The notes beneath the pieces were generated by a model, which did no database searches, was not told where the DNA came from, and saw nothing but the letters and a program-made list of their open reading frames with translations. DNA of 64,000 nt from Marinoscillum sp. (lineage in GTDB: Bacteria; Bacteroidota; Bacteroidia; Cytophagales; MED-G16), in NCBI GenBank assembly GCA_038134805.1, contig JAYPVV010000002.1:139539-203538 (forward strand), in the 5' to 3' direction. The position numbers and the translations under genes are program-made. Position 1 is the first letter of the stretch; each line of letters begins with the position of its first letter. Shown one piece after another: positions 1 through 10,175 of this stretch.

Positions 1-708
1 GACGATGTTGTAGATGACTCAAATTATAGAAGGGGATACTTTTCAGTTAATGCTTTATGGAAAAGTAAATATTCAGTATTAATTGGAGATTATTTATTAT
101 CAAAAGGTTTAGAGCTTTCAGTTAGAAATAGTGATTATAAATTTTTAGAAGTTTTATCAAATGCCGTTAAAATGATGAGTGAGGGAGAAATAACTCAACT
201 GAAAAAATCAAAAAGCTTAGATATTGATGAAAAAACCTATTTTAAAATAATAAAGGAGAAAACAGCAAGCCTTTTTTCTTCTTGTTGTAAAATGGGAGCT
301 ATTTCAGCTAATGCTTCTCCCAAAAAAATTAAAATGATGGATGAATTTGGAATGCTAGTTGGTCAAGCCTTTCAAATAAGGGATGATCTATTTGGATATT
401 TATCTTTTAGTACTGGGAAGCCTTCTTTAAACGATTTTAAGCAAGCCAAAATAACTCTGCCATTAATTTATTCTCTTAAAAAAGCTAATAGAGTTAAAAA
501 AAATGAAATAATAAAAAACTTGAAGAACCTAAGTTCAATTGACACTATAATTAGTTTTGTTAATGATTATAAAGGGATTGAATATAGTGAATCTAAAATG
601 AATAGTTTAATTGATAACTCACATTTAATTCTAAATAAATTTCCAGAATCTTCTTATAAAGAGAGCCTTAAAGAGCTTCTTAAATACACTGTTAAAAGAG
701 TAGTATAA
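1..708 (+). CDS. polyprenyl diphosphate synthase (IspB-like trans-prenyltransferase), 5' truncated by window edge
   Basis: Frame-1 translation from nt 1 reads DDVVDDSNYRRG (first Asp-rich DDxxD motif). It runs in frame into the listed ORF 172..708, which carries the second Asp-rich motif (FQIRDDLFGY). Confidence 0.8.
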   Translation, partial: DDVVDDSNYRRGYFSVNALWKSKYSVLIGDYLLSKGLELSVRNSDYKFLEVLSNAVKMMSEGEITQLKKSKSLDIDEKTYFKIIKEKTASLFSSCCKMGAISANASPKKIKMMDEFGMLVGQAFQIRDDLFGYLSFSTGKPSLNDFKQAKITLPLIYSLKKANRVKKNEIIKNLKNLSSIDTIISFVNDYKGIEYSESKMNSLIDNSHLILNKFPESSYKESLKELLKYTVKRVV

Positions 709-721
709 ATTTTCTTAAAAA

Positions 722-758
722 TAAGTGGGAGAAAGTGGGAGAAAGTGGTGTAAAATGT
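722..758 (+). promoter_or_regulatory. 10-bp-phased direct repeats TAAGTGG / AAAGTGG / AAAGTGG (+ degenerate AAAATGT), candidate MraZ operator
   Basis: Read directly: aTAAGTGGGAgAAAGTGGGAgAAAGTGGTGtAAAATGT, with unit starts at 722, 732, 742 and 752. A further TAAGTGG lies at 783..789. The array is 50-90 nt upstream of the mraZ ATG. MraZ proteins are known to bind phased direct repeats upstream of their own operon. Confidence 0.55.
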
Positions 759-770
759 TAAAATGTTTGC

Positions 771-778
771 TACATTTG
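771..778 (+). promoter_or_regulatory. candidate Bacteroidota -7 promoter box (TACATTTG, consensus TAnnTTTG) for the dcw operon
   Basis: Motif match 31 nt upstream of the mraZ ATG. No clear -33 TTG partner was identified. Confidence 0.3.
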
Positions 779-808
779 TTACTAAGTGGTTTATATTAAT
801 ACTCTGAT

Positions 809-1255
809 ATGGCTTTTTTTACAGGCGAACATGAGTGTAAATTAGATGCTAAAGGTAGACTGGTGTTACCCTCAAGGTTAAAATCAGTCTTACCTGAAGC
901 TTCTACTAATAGTATTGTTATAAGAAAAGGATTTGAATCAAATCTAATTATTTATCCTTTGAACGAATTTAAAAACATATATGTTAAGATAAGTTCTTTA
1001 AATGAGTTTAATTCTGAGCAGAGAAAATTAAAGCGAAATCTTTTTAGTGGTATTGCTCAAATAGACATTGACTCGAACGGTAGAATTCTAATCCCTAAAA
1101 ATATGATCTCTCATTCTAGTATTTCAAAAAATGTTATTCTTGTTGGAGTTGGAAATACAATTGAAATTTGGAATCCTGAAGTTTATAGTAAAAATTTAAT
1201 AAAAGATGTTAAAGAATTTTCTTCTCTTGCTCAGAAATATTTAGATATAATTTGA
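809..1255 (+). CDS. mraZ: transcriptional regulator MraZ
   Basis: 148 aa with two SpoVT/AbrB-like halves (KLDAKGRLVLPSRL and IDSNGRILIPKNM). First gene of the dcw cluster, immediately before rsmH. Confidence 0.9.
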   Translation: MAFFTGEHECKLDAKGRLVLPSRLKSVLPEASTNSIVIRKGFESNLIIYPLNEFKNIYVKISSLNEFNSEQRKLKRNLFSGIAQIDIDSNGRILIPKNMISHSSISKNVILVGVGNTIEIWNPEVYSKNLIKDVKEFSSLAQKYLDII

Positions 1256-1256
1256 T

Positions 1257-2159
1257 ATGGAGTATCATGTCCCAGTTTTACTTAATGAGTCAATTAATGG
1301 ATTAAGTATTAAACCTGGAGGAACTTACATCGATCTGACCTACGGGGGAGGAGGGCACTCCAAGAATATTCTTGATAAAATTGGAAATGAAGGAACTTTA
1401 ATTTCTTTTGATAACGACTTTGATGCTTTAAATAATAATTCAGTTAGGAATGAAAATTTTTTTTTAATTAAAAGTAATTTCAAGTTTTTTGATTTTCATA
1501 TAAAAGATATAGGGATTGAAAAGGTTGATGGAATACTAGCTGATCTCGGTGTATCTTCATACCAAATTGACAATAAACAAAGAGGATTTTCATATATTGG
1601 AGATAATAATTTAGATATGAGAATGTCCTCAGATAATGAGCTAACTGCTGAAATTGTTCTAAATAGTTATGACCAAGATAAGCTTCAAAAAATATTGTAT
1701 GATTATGGTGATATTAGTAATTCTAAATTAATTGCTAAGCATATTATTGAGTACAGAAAGAAAAAATATATAAAAAAAAATTCTGATTTATTTGATTCTC
1801 TAAAAAATATTTTTTCTAAAAATTTAAGTTATAAATTTTTATCAAAATTTTTTCAAGCAATTAGAATCGAGGTTAATGATGAAATAAATTCCTTAAAGGA
1901 AATGTTAATTAAATCTGTTAATTATTTAAATAGTTCTGGAAGATTAGTAATAATATCTTATCACTCAATAGAAGATAGATTAGTTAAAAACTTTATTAAC
2001 AAGTCAAGTTTTGAATCGGATTTCAATAAAAATTTATATGGACAAAAAATTGAATTTTTTAAAAGTCTTACTAAGAAGCCAATTATTCCTTCAAATGAAG
2101 AAAAAAAAATAAATCCTAGGTCAAGAAGTGCTAAACTTAGAATTGGAGAAAAAATATGA
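1257..2159 (+). CDS. rsmH: 16S rRNA (cytosine1402-N4)-methyltransferase RsmH
   Basis: 300 aa. N-terminal HVPVLLNE, SAM-binding GGTYIDLTYGGGGHS, and C-terminal NPRSRSAKLRIGEK, all typical of RsmH/MraW. Confidence 0.92.
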   Translation: MEYHVPVLLNESINGLSIKPGGTYIDLTYGGGGHSKNILDKIGNEGTLISFDNDFDALNNNSVRNENFFLIKSNFKFFDFHIKDIGIEKVDGILADLGVSSYQIDNKQRGFSYIGDNNLDMRMSSDNELTAEIVLNSYDQDKLQKILYDYGDISNSKLIAKHIIEYRKKKYIKKNSDLFDSLKNIFSKNLSYKFLSKFFQAIRIEVNDEINSLKEMLIKSVNYLNSSGRLVIISYHSIEDRLVKNFINKSSFESDFNKNLYGQKIEFFKSLTKKPIIPSNEEKKINPRSRSAKLRIGEKI

Positions 2160-2476
2160 TAATAAGAGAGAACATTAATCAGTTATTTGACGATATAAAA
2201 ACTAGATTTTTTTCAACTATTAATTTTGATATTTTAAAAGTAATTTATATTCTTATTTTTCTAATTATATATATAAGTAATCAACATTCAGTAGAAAAAA
2301 AGATAAGAGAAATAACAAAAATCGAAAATGAAGTAGAGGAATTAAGAACAGATTACATCACTCTTAATAATAATTATACTTTCTCAAGGAAGGAGACGGA
2401 GGTTATTAAAAGAGTAAAAAAAATGAATTTAACTTCTTCTGAATTTCCACCAGAGAAAATTACTATTCAAAAATGA
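2156..2476 (+). CDS. ftsL: FtsL-like cell division protein (small bitopic membrane protein)
   Basis: 106 aa with a single TM segment (ILKVIYILIFLIIYI) followed by a charged helical region. It sits between rsmH and ftsI with ATGA overlaps on both sides. The call rests on position and topology only. Confidence 0.6.
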   Translation: MIIRENINQLFDDIKTRFFSTINFDILKVIYILIFLIIYISNQHSVEKKIREITKIENEVEELRTDYITLNNNYTFSRKETEVIKRVKKMNLTSSEFPPEKITIQK

Positions 2477-4557
2477 ATATAAAGAAAGAGATTTTATTTA
2501 GAGTTAAAATTGCATTTCTTTTTATAATAATAGTAAGTATTGGTATAGTATATAGCATTTTTGATCTTCAGTTTAGAGAGAGAGAGTACTGGAAAAAGAA
2601 ATCAGAGAATATTAATTTTAAATTTGACAAAATAAAAGCTAGTAGGGGAAATATATTTTCTGATGATGGAAGTATTTTAGCAACATCCTTGCCTTTTTAC
2701 AAAGTAGCATTAGATCCTTCTATCCCTTCACAAAATCTTATCGATGAAAAATTAGATTCCTTGGCTTATCTACTTTCTGTTTTTTTTAATGATAAAAGTA
2801 AGAATGATTATAAAAAAAGTATTTTAGAAGCTAGAGCTAATAAAAGAAGATATCTTCTTTTAAATAGAAAAAATATAGATTATCAAGATAAAAAAAAGCT
2901 TTCGAAATGGCCTATTTTTAGACAAGGAAGATTAAATGGAGGTATTTTATTTGAAAAAAATGATATTAGATATAGACCATTTTCTAGACTTGGTTATAGA
3001 ACTATTGGATCTGTTGATGAAAATAATAGAGGAATTGTAGGTTTAGAATATAGTTTTAATAATTTTCTAGAAGGCAAAGACGGAGAAATACTCACACAAA
3101 AGCTAGCAGGAAATAATTGGATGCCAATTTATGATGGATCAGAGATTCAACCAAAAAATGGATACGATGTAATTACTTCAATCAATGTAAATTTACAAGA
3201 TATTGCTGAGTCAGCATTATTAAAAGGAATAGAATCAAATGATGCTGATAATGGATCTGTGATTTTAATGGAAGTAAGTACAGGTGAGATTAAAGCAATT
3301 TCAAATTTTAGTAAAAATAAATCAGGATATTATACTGAAAATTTTAATTATGCTATTCAAGGATTACATGAGCCTGGATCAACATTTAAGTTAGCAAGTA
3401 TGCTTGCATTTATTGAAGAGACAAATAGATCAATTTATGATTCTGTAGATACTGGTAATGGGGAATTTAAATTTTATTCTGAAGTAATGAGAGATCATAA
3501 ACCAGGAGGATATGGAAAAATAACTATTAAAGAAATTTTTGAAAAGAGTTCTAATATTGGTATTGCTTTGCTTATTGAGGAAATATTTAAAGATAAGCCG
3601 GATAAGTTTTTAGATTATTTGAAAAAATTTGGGTTTAATGATGATTTTAATTTTCAAATTTTTGGATCTTCAAAGCCACAAATCAAAAACTATTCAGATT
3701 CTGCATGGAGTAAAGTATCTCTTCCTTGGATTGCACATGGATATGAATTAATGCTAACACCTCTACACACTCTAACCTTTTATAATGCAGTTGCAAATAA
3801 TGGTAATTATGTTAGACCTCAGATTGTAAATGAAATTAGAAATGCAAATCAAATTATTGAAAAATATAAAAAAGAATCATCTAAGAAAATCGCAAACATT
3901 TCATCAATAAAAACAGTAGTGACTTTACTTGAAGGAGTTGTTGAAAATGGAACTGCTGATAATATAAAACACAGCAATTATAGAATAGCTGGAAAAACTG
4001 GAACAGCAAAAAAGGTAGTTAATGGGAGATATACTAATAAATATTATACTTCTTTTGTTGGTTTTTTTCCTGTTGAAAATCCAAAATATAGTTGTATAGT
4101 TGTTATTGACAATCCAAAAAAATATAGAATTTATGGAAGTGATGTTGCAGCACCTGTTTTTAAAGAAATTTCTGATAAAATTTTTATTTCAGATAAAAAG
4201 TATTTTACTGAAATAAAAAATGAAGAAAAAAATTCATCTTTCCCCCAAATTAGATCAGGATACAAGAAAGACTTGATTGATTTATCAAATCGAATGGGTT
4301 TATCAAATCACTCTGATAATGATGGTGAGTGGGTAAGAAGTAGATTAGTAGATAATGCTATTTTTTGGGATAATATAAATTCTAACTCCATTTATGTTCC
4401 TAATGTTGTTGGTATGACATTGAAAGATGCTATTTTTCTTTTAGAATCAAGAGGATTAAAAGTTTCATTCCAAGGTAAAGGAAGAGTAAATAAACAAAGT
4501 ATTTCTCCAGGAAAATTAGTTATAAATTATAACTCTATAAATATAAGTTTAGGATGA
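2473..4557 (+). CDS. ftsI: penicillin-binding protein 3 / FtsI transpeptidase with C-terminal PASTA-like segment
   Basis: 694 aa with an N-terminal TM anchor. Transpeptidase motifs STFK (EPGSTFKLAS), SSN (KSSNIG) and KTGT (AGKTGTAKK). The C-terminus VPNVVGMTLKDAIFLLESRGLKV resembles PASTA. Confidence 0.9.
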   Translation: MNIKKEILFRVKIAFLFIIIVSIGIVYSIFDLQFREREYWKKKSENINFKFDKIKASRGNIFSDDGSILATSLPFYKVALDPSIPSQNLIDEKLDSLAYLLSVFFNDKSKNDYKKSILEARANKRRYLLLNRKNIDYQDKKKLSKWPIFRQGRLNGGILFEKNDIRYRPFSRLGYRTIGSVDENNRGIVGLEYSFNNFLEGKDGEILTQKLAGNNWMPIYDGSEIQPKNGYDVITSINVNLQDIAESALLKGIESNDADNGSVILMEVSTGEIKAISNFSKNKSGYYTENFNYAIQGLHEPGSTFKLASMLAFIEETNRSIYDSVDTGNGEFKFYSEVMRDHKPGGYGKITIKEIFEKSSNIGIALLIEEIFKDKPDKFLDYLKKFGFNDDFNFQIFGSSKPQIKNYSDSAWSKVSLPWIAHGYELMLTPLHTLTFYNAVANNGNYVRPQIVNEIRNANQIIEKYKKESSKKIANISSIKTVVTLLEGVVENGTADNIKHSNYRIAGKTGTAKKVVNGRYTNKYYTSFVGFFPVENPKYSCIVVIDNPKKYRIYGSDVAAPVFKEISDKIFISDKKYFTEIKNEEKNSSFPQIRSGYKKDLIDLSNRMGLSNHSDNDGEWVRSRLVDNAIFWDNINSNSIYVPNVVGMTLKDAIFLLESRGLKVSFQGKGRVNKQSISPGKLVINYNSINISLG

Positions 4558-5993
4558 AAAAATTAAAAGAGTTATTAAATGATGTTAAAATAATATCTTC
4601 TAAAGGAAATTTAGATATTATAGTAAATAATATTACCGATAATTCTAATGATGTAAACAATAATTTTTTATTTTTTGCTATAAAAGGAAATGATTTTGAT
4701 GGGCATAATTATATAAATGATTCAATTTTAAATGGAGCTACATCAATTATTTGTTCTAAACTTCCTCTTGAAATACAAAAAGATATTACATATGTTCTAG
4801 TTGAAGATATTAGAGAAAGTGTTTATACTATTTCATCAAATTTTTTTGATAATCCAGATAAAAAAATAAAGATAGTTGCTGTTACGGGAACCAATGGAAA
4901 AACCTCTATAGTATATTTCTTGTATCAGTTTTTTAACTCACTTAATATTAAAGTAGGATTAATATCTACTATTGAAAATAGGGTAGGAAACAAAATATTA
5001 AAAGCAACCCTCACAACTCCAAATTCAATAGAATTTATGAATATTTTGAATAAGATGGTTTCAAATAATTGTGAATACTGTTTTATGGAAGCAAGTTCAC
5101 ATGCAATTCATCAAAAAAGAATAATTGGTAAAAATATTTTTGCCGCTATATTTTCAAATTTATCTCATGATCATCTCGATTATCACTTTACATTTCAAAA
5201 TTATATAAATGCAAAAAAAATGTTATTTGATCAGTTAGATAAAAACTCTTATTCTATAATAAATTTAGATGATAAGAGAGCAAATTATATAATGCAAAAT
5301 ACAAAGTCTAAAGTTTTTACTTATGGGCTAAAAAATATTTCTGATTTTAGTGCTAAAATAATTGAAAGTTCAGTGTCAGGATTAACTCTAAATTTTGGAT
5401 CAATTGATGTGTCTTTTAAAATTATTGGAAATTTTAATGCATATAATATTCTAGCAGTTTATTCTTTGGCAAAAATTTTAGATATTGAAGATATTATTAT
5501 TCTTAAGAAAATTTCTGAATTAATCACCCCAAGTGGTCGATTTGAATTTATTTTAGGTAAAAATGAAAAAGTTGCCATTGTTGATTATGCACATACTCCA
5601 GATGCTTTGGAAAATATTCTAAAAAATATTTTAAAGTTTAAAAAGGATAAAAAACTCGTTACAGTTGTAGGGGCAGGAGGAAATAGAGATAAATCTAAAA
5701 GACCTAAAATGGGTAAGGTAGCTACAGAACTAAGTGATTTTGTTTTTTTTACTTCAGATAATCCAAGAAATGAAAATCCAAGAAATATTATATCTGATTT
5801 AGTTAAAGGGGCATGTAAAAACAATTTTGAAATTCAAATTGATAGAAAAAAAGCTATTGAAATTGCTTTTAATAGATTTAACTCAGATACAATAATTTTA
5901 GTTGCTGGGAAGGGTCATGAAAAATATCAAGTGATTGGAAATAAATCCATACCTCATGATGATAAAGAAATAATTAAAAAATTAATTTTATAA
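4554..5993 (+). CDS. murE: UDP-N-acetylmuramoyl-L-alanyl-D-glutamate--2,6-diaminopimelate ligase MurE
   Basis: 479 aa. Mur-ligase P-loop GTNGKTS, and a DNPR motif (FTSDNPRNE) characteristic of meso-DAP-adding MurE. Confidence 0.9.
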   Translation: MKKLKELLNDVKIISSKGNLDIIVNNITDNSNDVNNNFLFFAIKGNDFDGHNYINDSILNGATSIICSKLPLEIQKDITYVLVEDIRESVYTISSNFFDNPDKKIKIVAVTGTNGKTSIVYFLYQFFNSLNIKVGLISTIENRVGNKILKATLTTPNSIEFMNILNKMVSNNCEYCFMEASSHAIHQKRIIGKNIFAAIFSNLSHDHLDYHFTFQNYINAKKMLFDQLDKNSYSIINLDDKRANYIMQNTKSKVFTYGLKNISDFSAKIIESSVSGLTLNFGSIDVSFKIIGNFNAYNILAVYSLAKILDIEDIIILKKISELITPSGRFEFILGKNEKVAIVDYAHTPDALENILKNILKFKKDKKLVTVVGAGGNRDKSKRPKMGKVATELSDFVFFTSDNPRNENPRNIISDLVKGACKNNFEIQIDRKKAIEIAFNRFNSDTIILVAGKGHEKYQVIGNKSIPHDDKEIIKKLIL

Positions 5994-5995
5994 AT

Positions 5996-7204
5996 ATGCT
6001 TTATAATCTGTTTGAATATTTAAATAATAATTATGATATAGTTGGTGCTGGTGTTTTTCAGTATCTATCTTTTAGAGCTGGAATGGCAGCAATTTGTTCT
6101 TTGATTATTAGTATATTATTTGGAGAAAATATTATTAAACTTCTTGCAAAGTTCCAATTATCAGAAAAAATTAGAGATCTAAAGTTAGATGGTCAAAAAG
6201 AGAAGAAAGGAACCCCTACAATGGGAGGAATTATTATCCTAATTTCAATTCTTATTCCAACTATATTATTTGCTGACTTAAATAATATATATATACTTAT
6301 GATGTTATTAGTTACTCTATTCGTAGGTATAATAGGTTTTGTTGATGATTATTTAAAAATTAAAAGAAGCAATAAAGAAGGTCTAAAAGGAAGATTCAAG
6401 ATAATAGGTCAGGTTATAATTGGAATTATAATTTCATATTTTATAATAACTAATGAATCCATTGTTGTTAGAAATTTCACAGAGTCAATATCTCAAGAAA
6501 ATTTGGAAAAAGGAATTGATCACTTTGACTCAAAAGAATTAATTACAACTATTCCTTTTGTTAAGGATAATGAGTTTAATTATAAATGGTTATTACCTAA
6601 GAGTTTACAAGATTTTTCATGGTTGCTATATAGCTTAATTATTATTTTTATTATTACAGCAGTCTCAAACGGAGCTAATATCACAGATGGACTAGATGGA
6701 TTAGCGGCAGGAACCTCTGCAATCATTGGAATAACACTTTCAATTTTTATTTATCTTTCTGGTAATATAATTTTTTCAGATTACCTAAATATTATATATA
6801 TACCTAATATAGGAGAGTTGGTAATATTTTCTTTTGCTTTTGTAGGAGCTTGTATTGGTTTTATATGGTATAATTCATATCCTGCTCAAGTATTTATGGG
6901 AGATACTGGGAGTTTGTCTATTGGTGCAATAATTGCGGTACTTGCTATTATTGTAAAAAAAGAATTATTGATTCCTCTACTTTGTGGAGTATTTTTAGTG
7001 GAGAATTTGTCAGTAATAATACAAGTTTTATACTTTAAATATACAAGAAAAAAGTACGGGGTTGGGAAAAGAGTTTTTTTAATGGCCCCTCTTCATCATC
7101 ATTTCCAGAAAAAAGGTATACATGAAACTAAAATTGTTGCAAGATTTTGGATGGTAACTATTTTATTAGCAATAATGACATTAGCAACTTTAAAGTTAAG
7201 ATAA
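5996..7204 (+). CDS. mraY: phospho-N-acetylmuramoyl-pentapeptide transferase MraY
   Basis: 402 aa polytopic membrane protein with motifs [20 protein letters not shown] and [11 protein letters not shown]. Confidence 0.93.
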   Translation: MLYNLFEYLNNNYDIVGAGVFQYLSFRAGMAAICSLIISILFGENIIKLLAKFQLSEKIRDLKLDGQKEKKGTPTMGGIIILISILIPTILFADLNNIYILMMLLVTLFVGIIGFVDDYLKIKRSNKEGLKGRFKIIGQVIIGIIISYFIITNESIVVRNFTESISQENLEKGIDHFDSKELITTIPFVKDNEFNYKWLLPKSLQDFSWLLYSLIIIFIITAVSNGANITDGLDGLAAGTSAIIGITLSIFIYLSGNIIFSDYLNIIYIPNIGELVIFSFAFVGACIGFIWYNSYPAQVFMGDTGSLSIGAIIAVLAIIVKKELLIPLLCGVFLVENLSVIIQVLYFKYTRKKYGVGKRVFLMAPLHHHFQKKGIHETKIVARFWMVTILLAIMTLATLKLR

Positions 7205-7205
7205 G

Positions 7206-8321
7206 ATGATTAGATGGTTAAATAATAATATTCAAGGAGATAGATATATTTGGATTATTGCTTTAATACTATCAGTTGTTGGGTTACTATCTGTTTACAG
7301 TTCTACAAGCTTACTTGCCTTTCAACAGAAGAGTGGTAATACAGAGTTTTTCTTACTTAAACATTTCTTTTTAATTTCATTTAGCTTTATTGCAATGTGG
7401 TTTTCTCACAGAATTGATTATAAATATTATTCAAAAATTTCTTTTATTGGACTTATAATTTCTATACCACTATTGATTATTACTTATCAATTTGGTGAAA
7501 ATATTAACGAAGCATCTAGATGGATAAAAGTCCCTATTATTAATATGGCATTTCAACCATCTGACTTAGCAAAGTTGTCATTAATTATTTACCTATCAAG
7601 TTTTTTGGCTAAAAAGCAGAATGAATTAGAAAATATTAAAACTTTAGTGATTCCTTTTATATGGATTGGTATAATATGTTTATTTATTGCACTTACTAAT
7701 TTATCTACCTCATTAATTTTAGGGGCTACCTCTATACTATTGATGTTTATTTCTAGGGTCAAAATTTCTCATTTATCTCTACTTGTATTATTTGTGATAT
7801 TAAGTGGAGGTATTGCTTTATTGACTGGTCAGAGAGGATATACTGCATTAAGTAGGGTGGAAGATTTCATGAATAAGGAGAATTTGCCATATCAGCTTGA
7901 GCAAGCTTACATTGCCGTTTCAACTGGAGGTTTTTTTGGAAAAGGACCTGGAAATAGTAATCAAAAAAACTTTCTACCCCAATCTTCCTCTGACTTTATT
8001 TATGCTATTATAGTTGAGGAGTATGGGTTTTTTATGGGAGTGACAATTTTGATATTGTATCTTTTATTATTGTATAGAGGTTTAAAAATATTTTTAAATT
8101 CAGATAAACCTTTTGGAGGATTATTAAGTGCTGGTTTGAGCTTTGCATTAGTTTTTCAGGCAATAACAAATATGTGTGTAGTTGTTGGTTTATTACCAGT
8201 TACAGGAGTTACTTTACCATTAGTAAGTATGGGAGGAACATCGCAACTTTTCACAGGAATAACATTAGGAATTATATTGAGTGTAAGTAGACAAAATGAA
8301 AAAGAAAAGGGGTATGTATAA
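7206..8321 (+). CDS. ftsW: SEDS-family peptidoglycan glycosyltransferase FtsW
   Basis: 371 aa polytopic membrane protein with FQPSDLAKL, LPQSSSDFIYA and LPVTGVTLPLVSMGGTS, typical of FtsW/RodA. dcw position. Confidence 0.88.
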   Translation: MIRWLNNNIQGDRYIWIIALILSVVGLLSVYSSTSLLAFQQKSGNTEFFLLKHFFLISFSFIAMWFSHRIDYKYYSKISFIGLIISIPLLIITYQFGENINEASRWIKVPIINMAFQPSDLAKLSLIIYLSSFLAKKQNELENIKTLVIPFIWIGIICLFIALTNLSTSLILGATSILLMFISRVKISHLSLLVLFVILSGGIALLTGQRGYTALSRVEDFMNKENLPYQLEQAYIAVSTGGFFGKGPGNSNQKNFLPQSSSDFIYAIIVEEYGFFMGVTILILYLLLLYRGLKIFLNSDKPFGGLLSAGLSFALVFQAITNMCVVVGLLPVTGVTLPLVSMGGTSQLFTGITLGIILSVSRQNEKEKGYV

Positions 8322-9441
8322 AGAAAAAAAAATTAAAGTAATTCTTTGTGGGGGAGGAACAGGAGGCCATATATTCCCAATGTTGTCAATTGCGGAAAAG
8401 ATTAGGGAAATTAATAATAAAAATGAAATTTTATTTGTTGGATCAAAAGATAGAATGGAAATGGAAATTATCCCAAAGCATAATTTTCAAATAACAGGAC
8501 TATGGATTTCAGGAATAAAACGATCATCAACATTTTTAAATGTTTTATTTTTTGGTCTACCCTTTATTATTAAAAATTTTTCATTACCGATCAAAATAAT
8601 TTTTTCTTTAATTCAATCCATTGCTGTTTTAATGAAATTTAAACCAGATATAGTGATAGGTTTTGGAGGATATTCTTCTGGGCCTTTTTTGTTTATTTCT
8701 AGTTTATTGAATTATAAAACTGCAATCCAGGAACAAAATTCTTTCCCTGGCTTAACAAATAGAATTCTCTCAAAAAGAGTTAAATATATCTTTTCATCAT
8801 ATGAAAGTGTAAATTCTTTTTTTATAAAAAATATTATTTTTAACTATGGGAACCCTGTAAGGAATTTCTCTTTAGAGAATAATGAAGATCCTTATAAATA
8901 TTTTGGGCTTAACTCATCCAAAAAAACAATTTTAATTCTTGGCGGAAGTTTAGGCGCAAAAAGTATTAATGAAGGTGTAATAAATAATATTTCATTACTA
9001 AGAGAATCATCCGTTCAGTTTTTATGGCAGACTGGAAAATTTTATTTTAAAAATATATTATCTAAAAAAATTAATATAGAAAGTATAGTCATAAAAGAAT
9101 TTATTCACAGAATGGATTTAGCATATAATGTTGCAGACATTATTATATCTAGAGCTGGTGCAGTCGCAATTTCAGAATTATGTATTGTTTCTAAACCATT
9201 AATTTTAATTCCTTCCCCTAATGTGGTAGATGATCATCAAAATAAAAATGCGAAAGAAATTTATTTAAAAGGAGGATGTGAAATCATTAGTGATTCCGAT
9301 GCAAAAAATTCAATGATAAAAAAAGCTTTGGAAATAATAATTGACAATAAAAAAATGGAAAAAATGAAAAATTCTCTATCAAAATTAGCATCTCCAAATG
9401 CAACTGATAAAATTGTTAATAAAATATATGAATTAGTATGA
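8296..9441 (+). CDS. murG: undecaprenyldiphospho-muramoylpentapeptide beta-N-acetylglucosaminyltransferase MurG
   Basis: 381 aa with the GT28 N-terminal glycine loop CGGGTGGHIFP. An alternative ATG at 8314 would shorten the overlap with ftsW. Confidence 0.9.
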   Translation: MKKKRGMYKEKKIKVILCGGGTGGHIFPMLSIAEKIREINNKNEILFVGSKDRMEMEIIPKHNFQITGLWISGIKRSSTFLNVLFFGLPFIIKNFSLPIKIIFSLIQSIAVLMKFKPDIVIGFGGYSSGPFLFISSLLNYKTAIQEQNSFPGLTNRILSKRVKYIFSSYESVNSFFIKNIIFNYGNPVRNFSLENNEDPYKYFGLNSSKKTILILGGSLGAKSINEGVINNISLLRESSVQFLWQTGKFYFKNILSKKINIESIVIKEFIHRMDLAYNVADIIISRAGAVAISELCIVSKPLILIPSPNVVDDHQNKNAKEIYLKGGCEIISDSDAKNSMIKKALEIIIDNKKMEKMKNSLSKLASPNATDKIVNKIYELV

Positions 9442-10172
9442 TTAAAAAATTACAGAATACTTTTTCATTAACTTCAATATTAATTTTAATATTATTTTTT
9501 ATAAATTTTTTTAAACTTGAGAAATCTAACTCAATAAATAAAATCAAAATAGAAACGGATAGTTCTTTTATTGGAAAAAAATTTGTTGAGAATTTAGTTA
9601 TTAAAGAAATCAAAAAAGATTCTCAAAATATTAACATTAATAATTTGGAAAATAATTTCTTTTCAATCCCTCATGTTAAAAATGTAATAATACATAAAGA
9701 TCTATTTAAAAATTTAAACGTAAGTATCACTCAATATAATCCTATAGCAAGAATAGTTTCTGGTGAATATTCTGGTAATTATTTTGATGAGAGTGGACAC
9801 TTATTTCCAATTTCATCAAAATTTTCTAAAAGAGTTATTTTAGTTCACATGAACAATGAATTTGAATTAAATAAGTCGAATAATATTTCATCTGAATTTG
9901 GTAAAGATTTTTTGATGATGATTAAGTTTATAAACAGTGATGAATTTTTTTCAAAACTTATTTCAGAAATTGAGATTAAACCAAATAAAAATATTGTTAT
10001 TCATCCTCAATTCTCAAAACAAAAAATTATTTTTGGGTATCCAGAAGATTTGAATGAAAAATTTGAAAAAGTATTACTTTTTTATGAGAAAATCGTTCCT
10101 TCTAAAGGATGGAATACATATAACACAATTAATGTTATGTATAAAAATCAAATTATCTGCGATAAGAGTTAG
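9438..10172 (+). CDS. ftsQ: cell division protein FtsQ (POTRA-type)
   Basis: 244 aa with an N-terminal TM (LTSILILILFFINFF) and an extracytoplasmic domain. It sits between murG and ftsA with an ATGA overlap onto murG. Confidence 0.65.
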   Translation: MIKKLQNTFSLTSILILILFFINFFKLEKSNSINKIKIETDSSFIGKKFVENLVIKEIKKDSQNININNLENNFFSIPHVKNVIIHKDLFKNLNVSITQYNPIARIVSGEYSGNYFDESGHLFPISSKFSKRVILVHMNNEFELNKSNNISSEFGKDFLMMIKFINSDEFFSKLISEIEIKPNKNIVIHPQFSKQKIIFGYPEDLNEKFEKVLLFYEKIVPSKGWNTYNTINVMYKNQIICDKS

Positions 10173-10175
10173 TTA

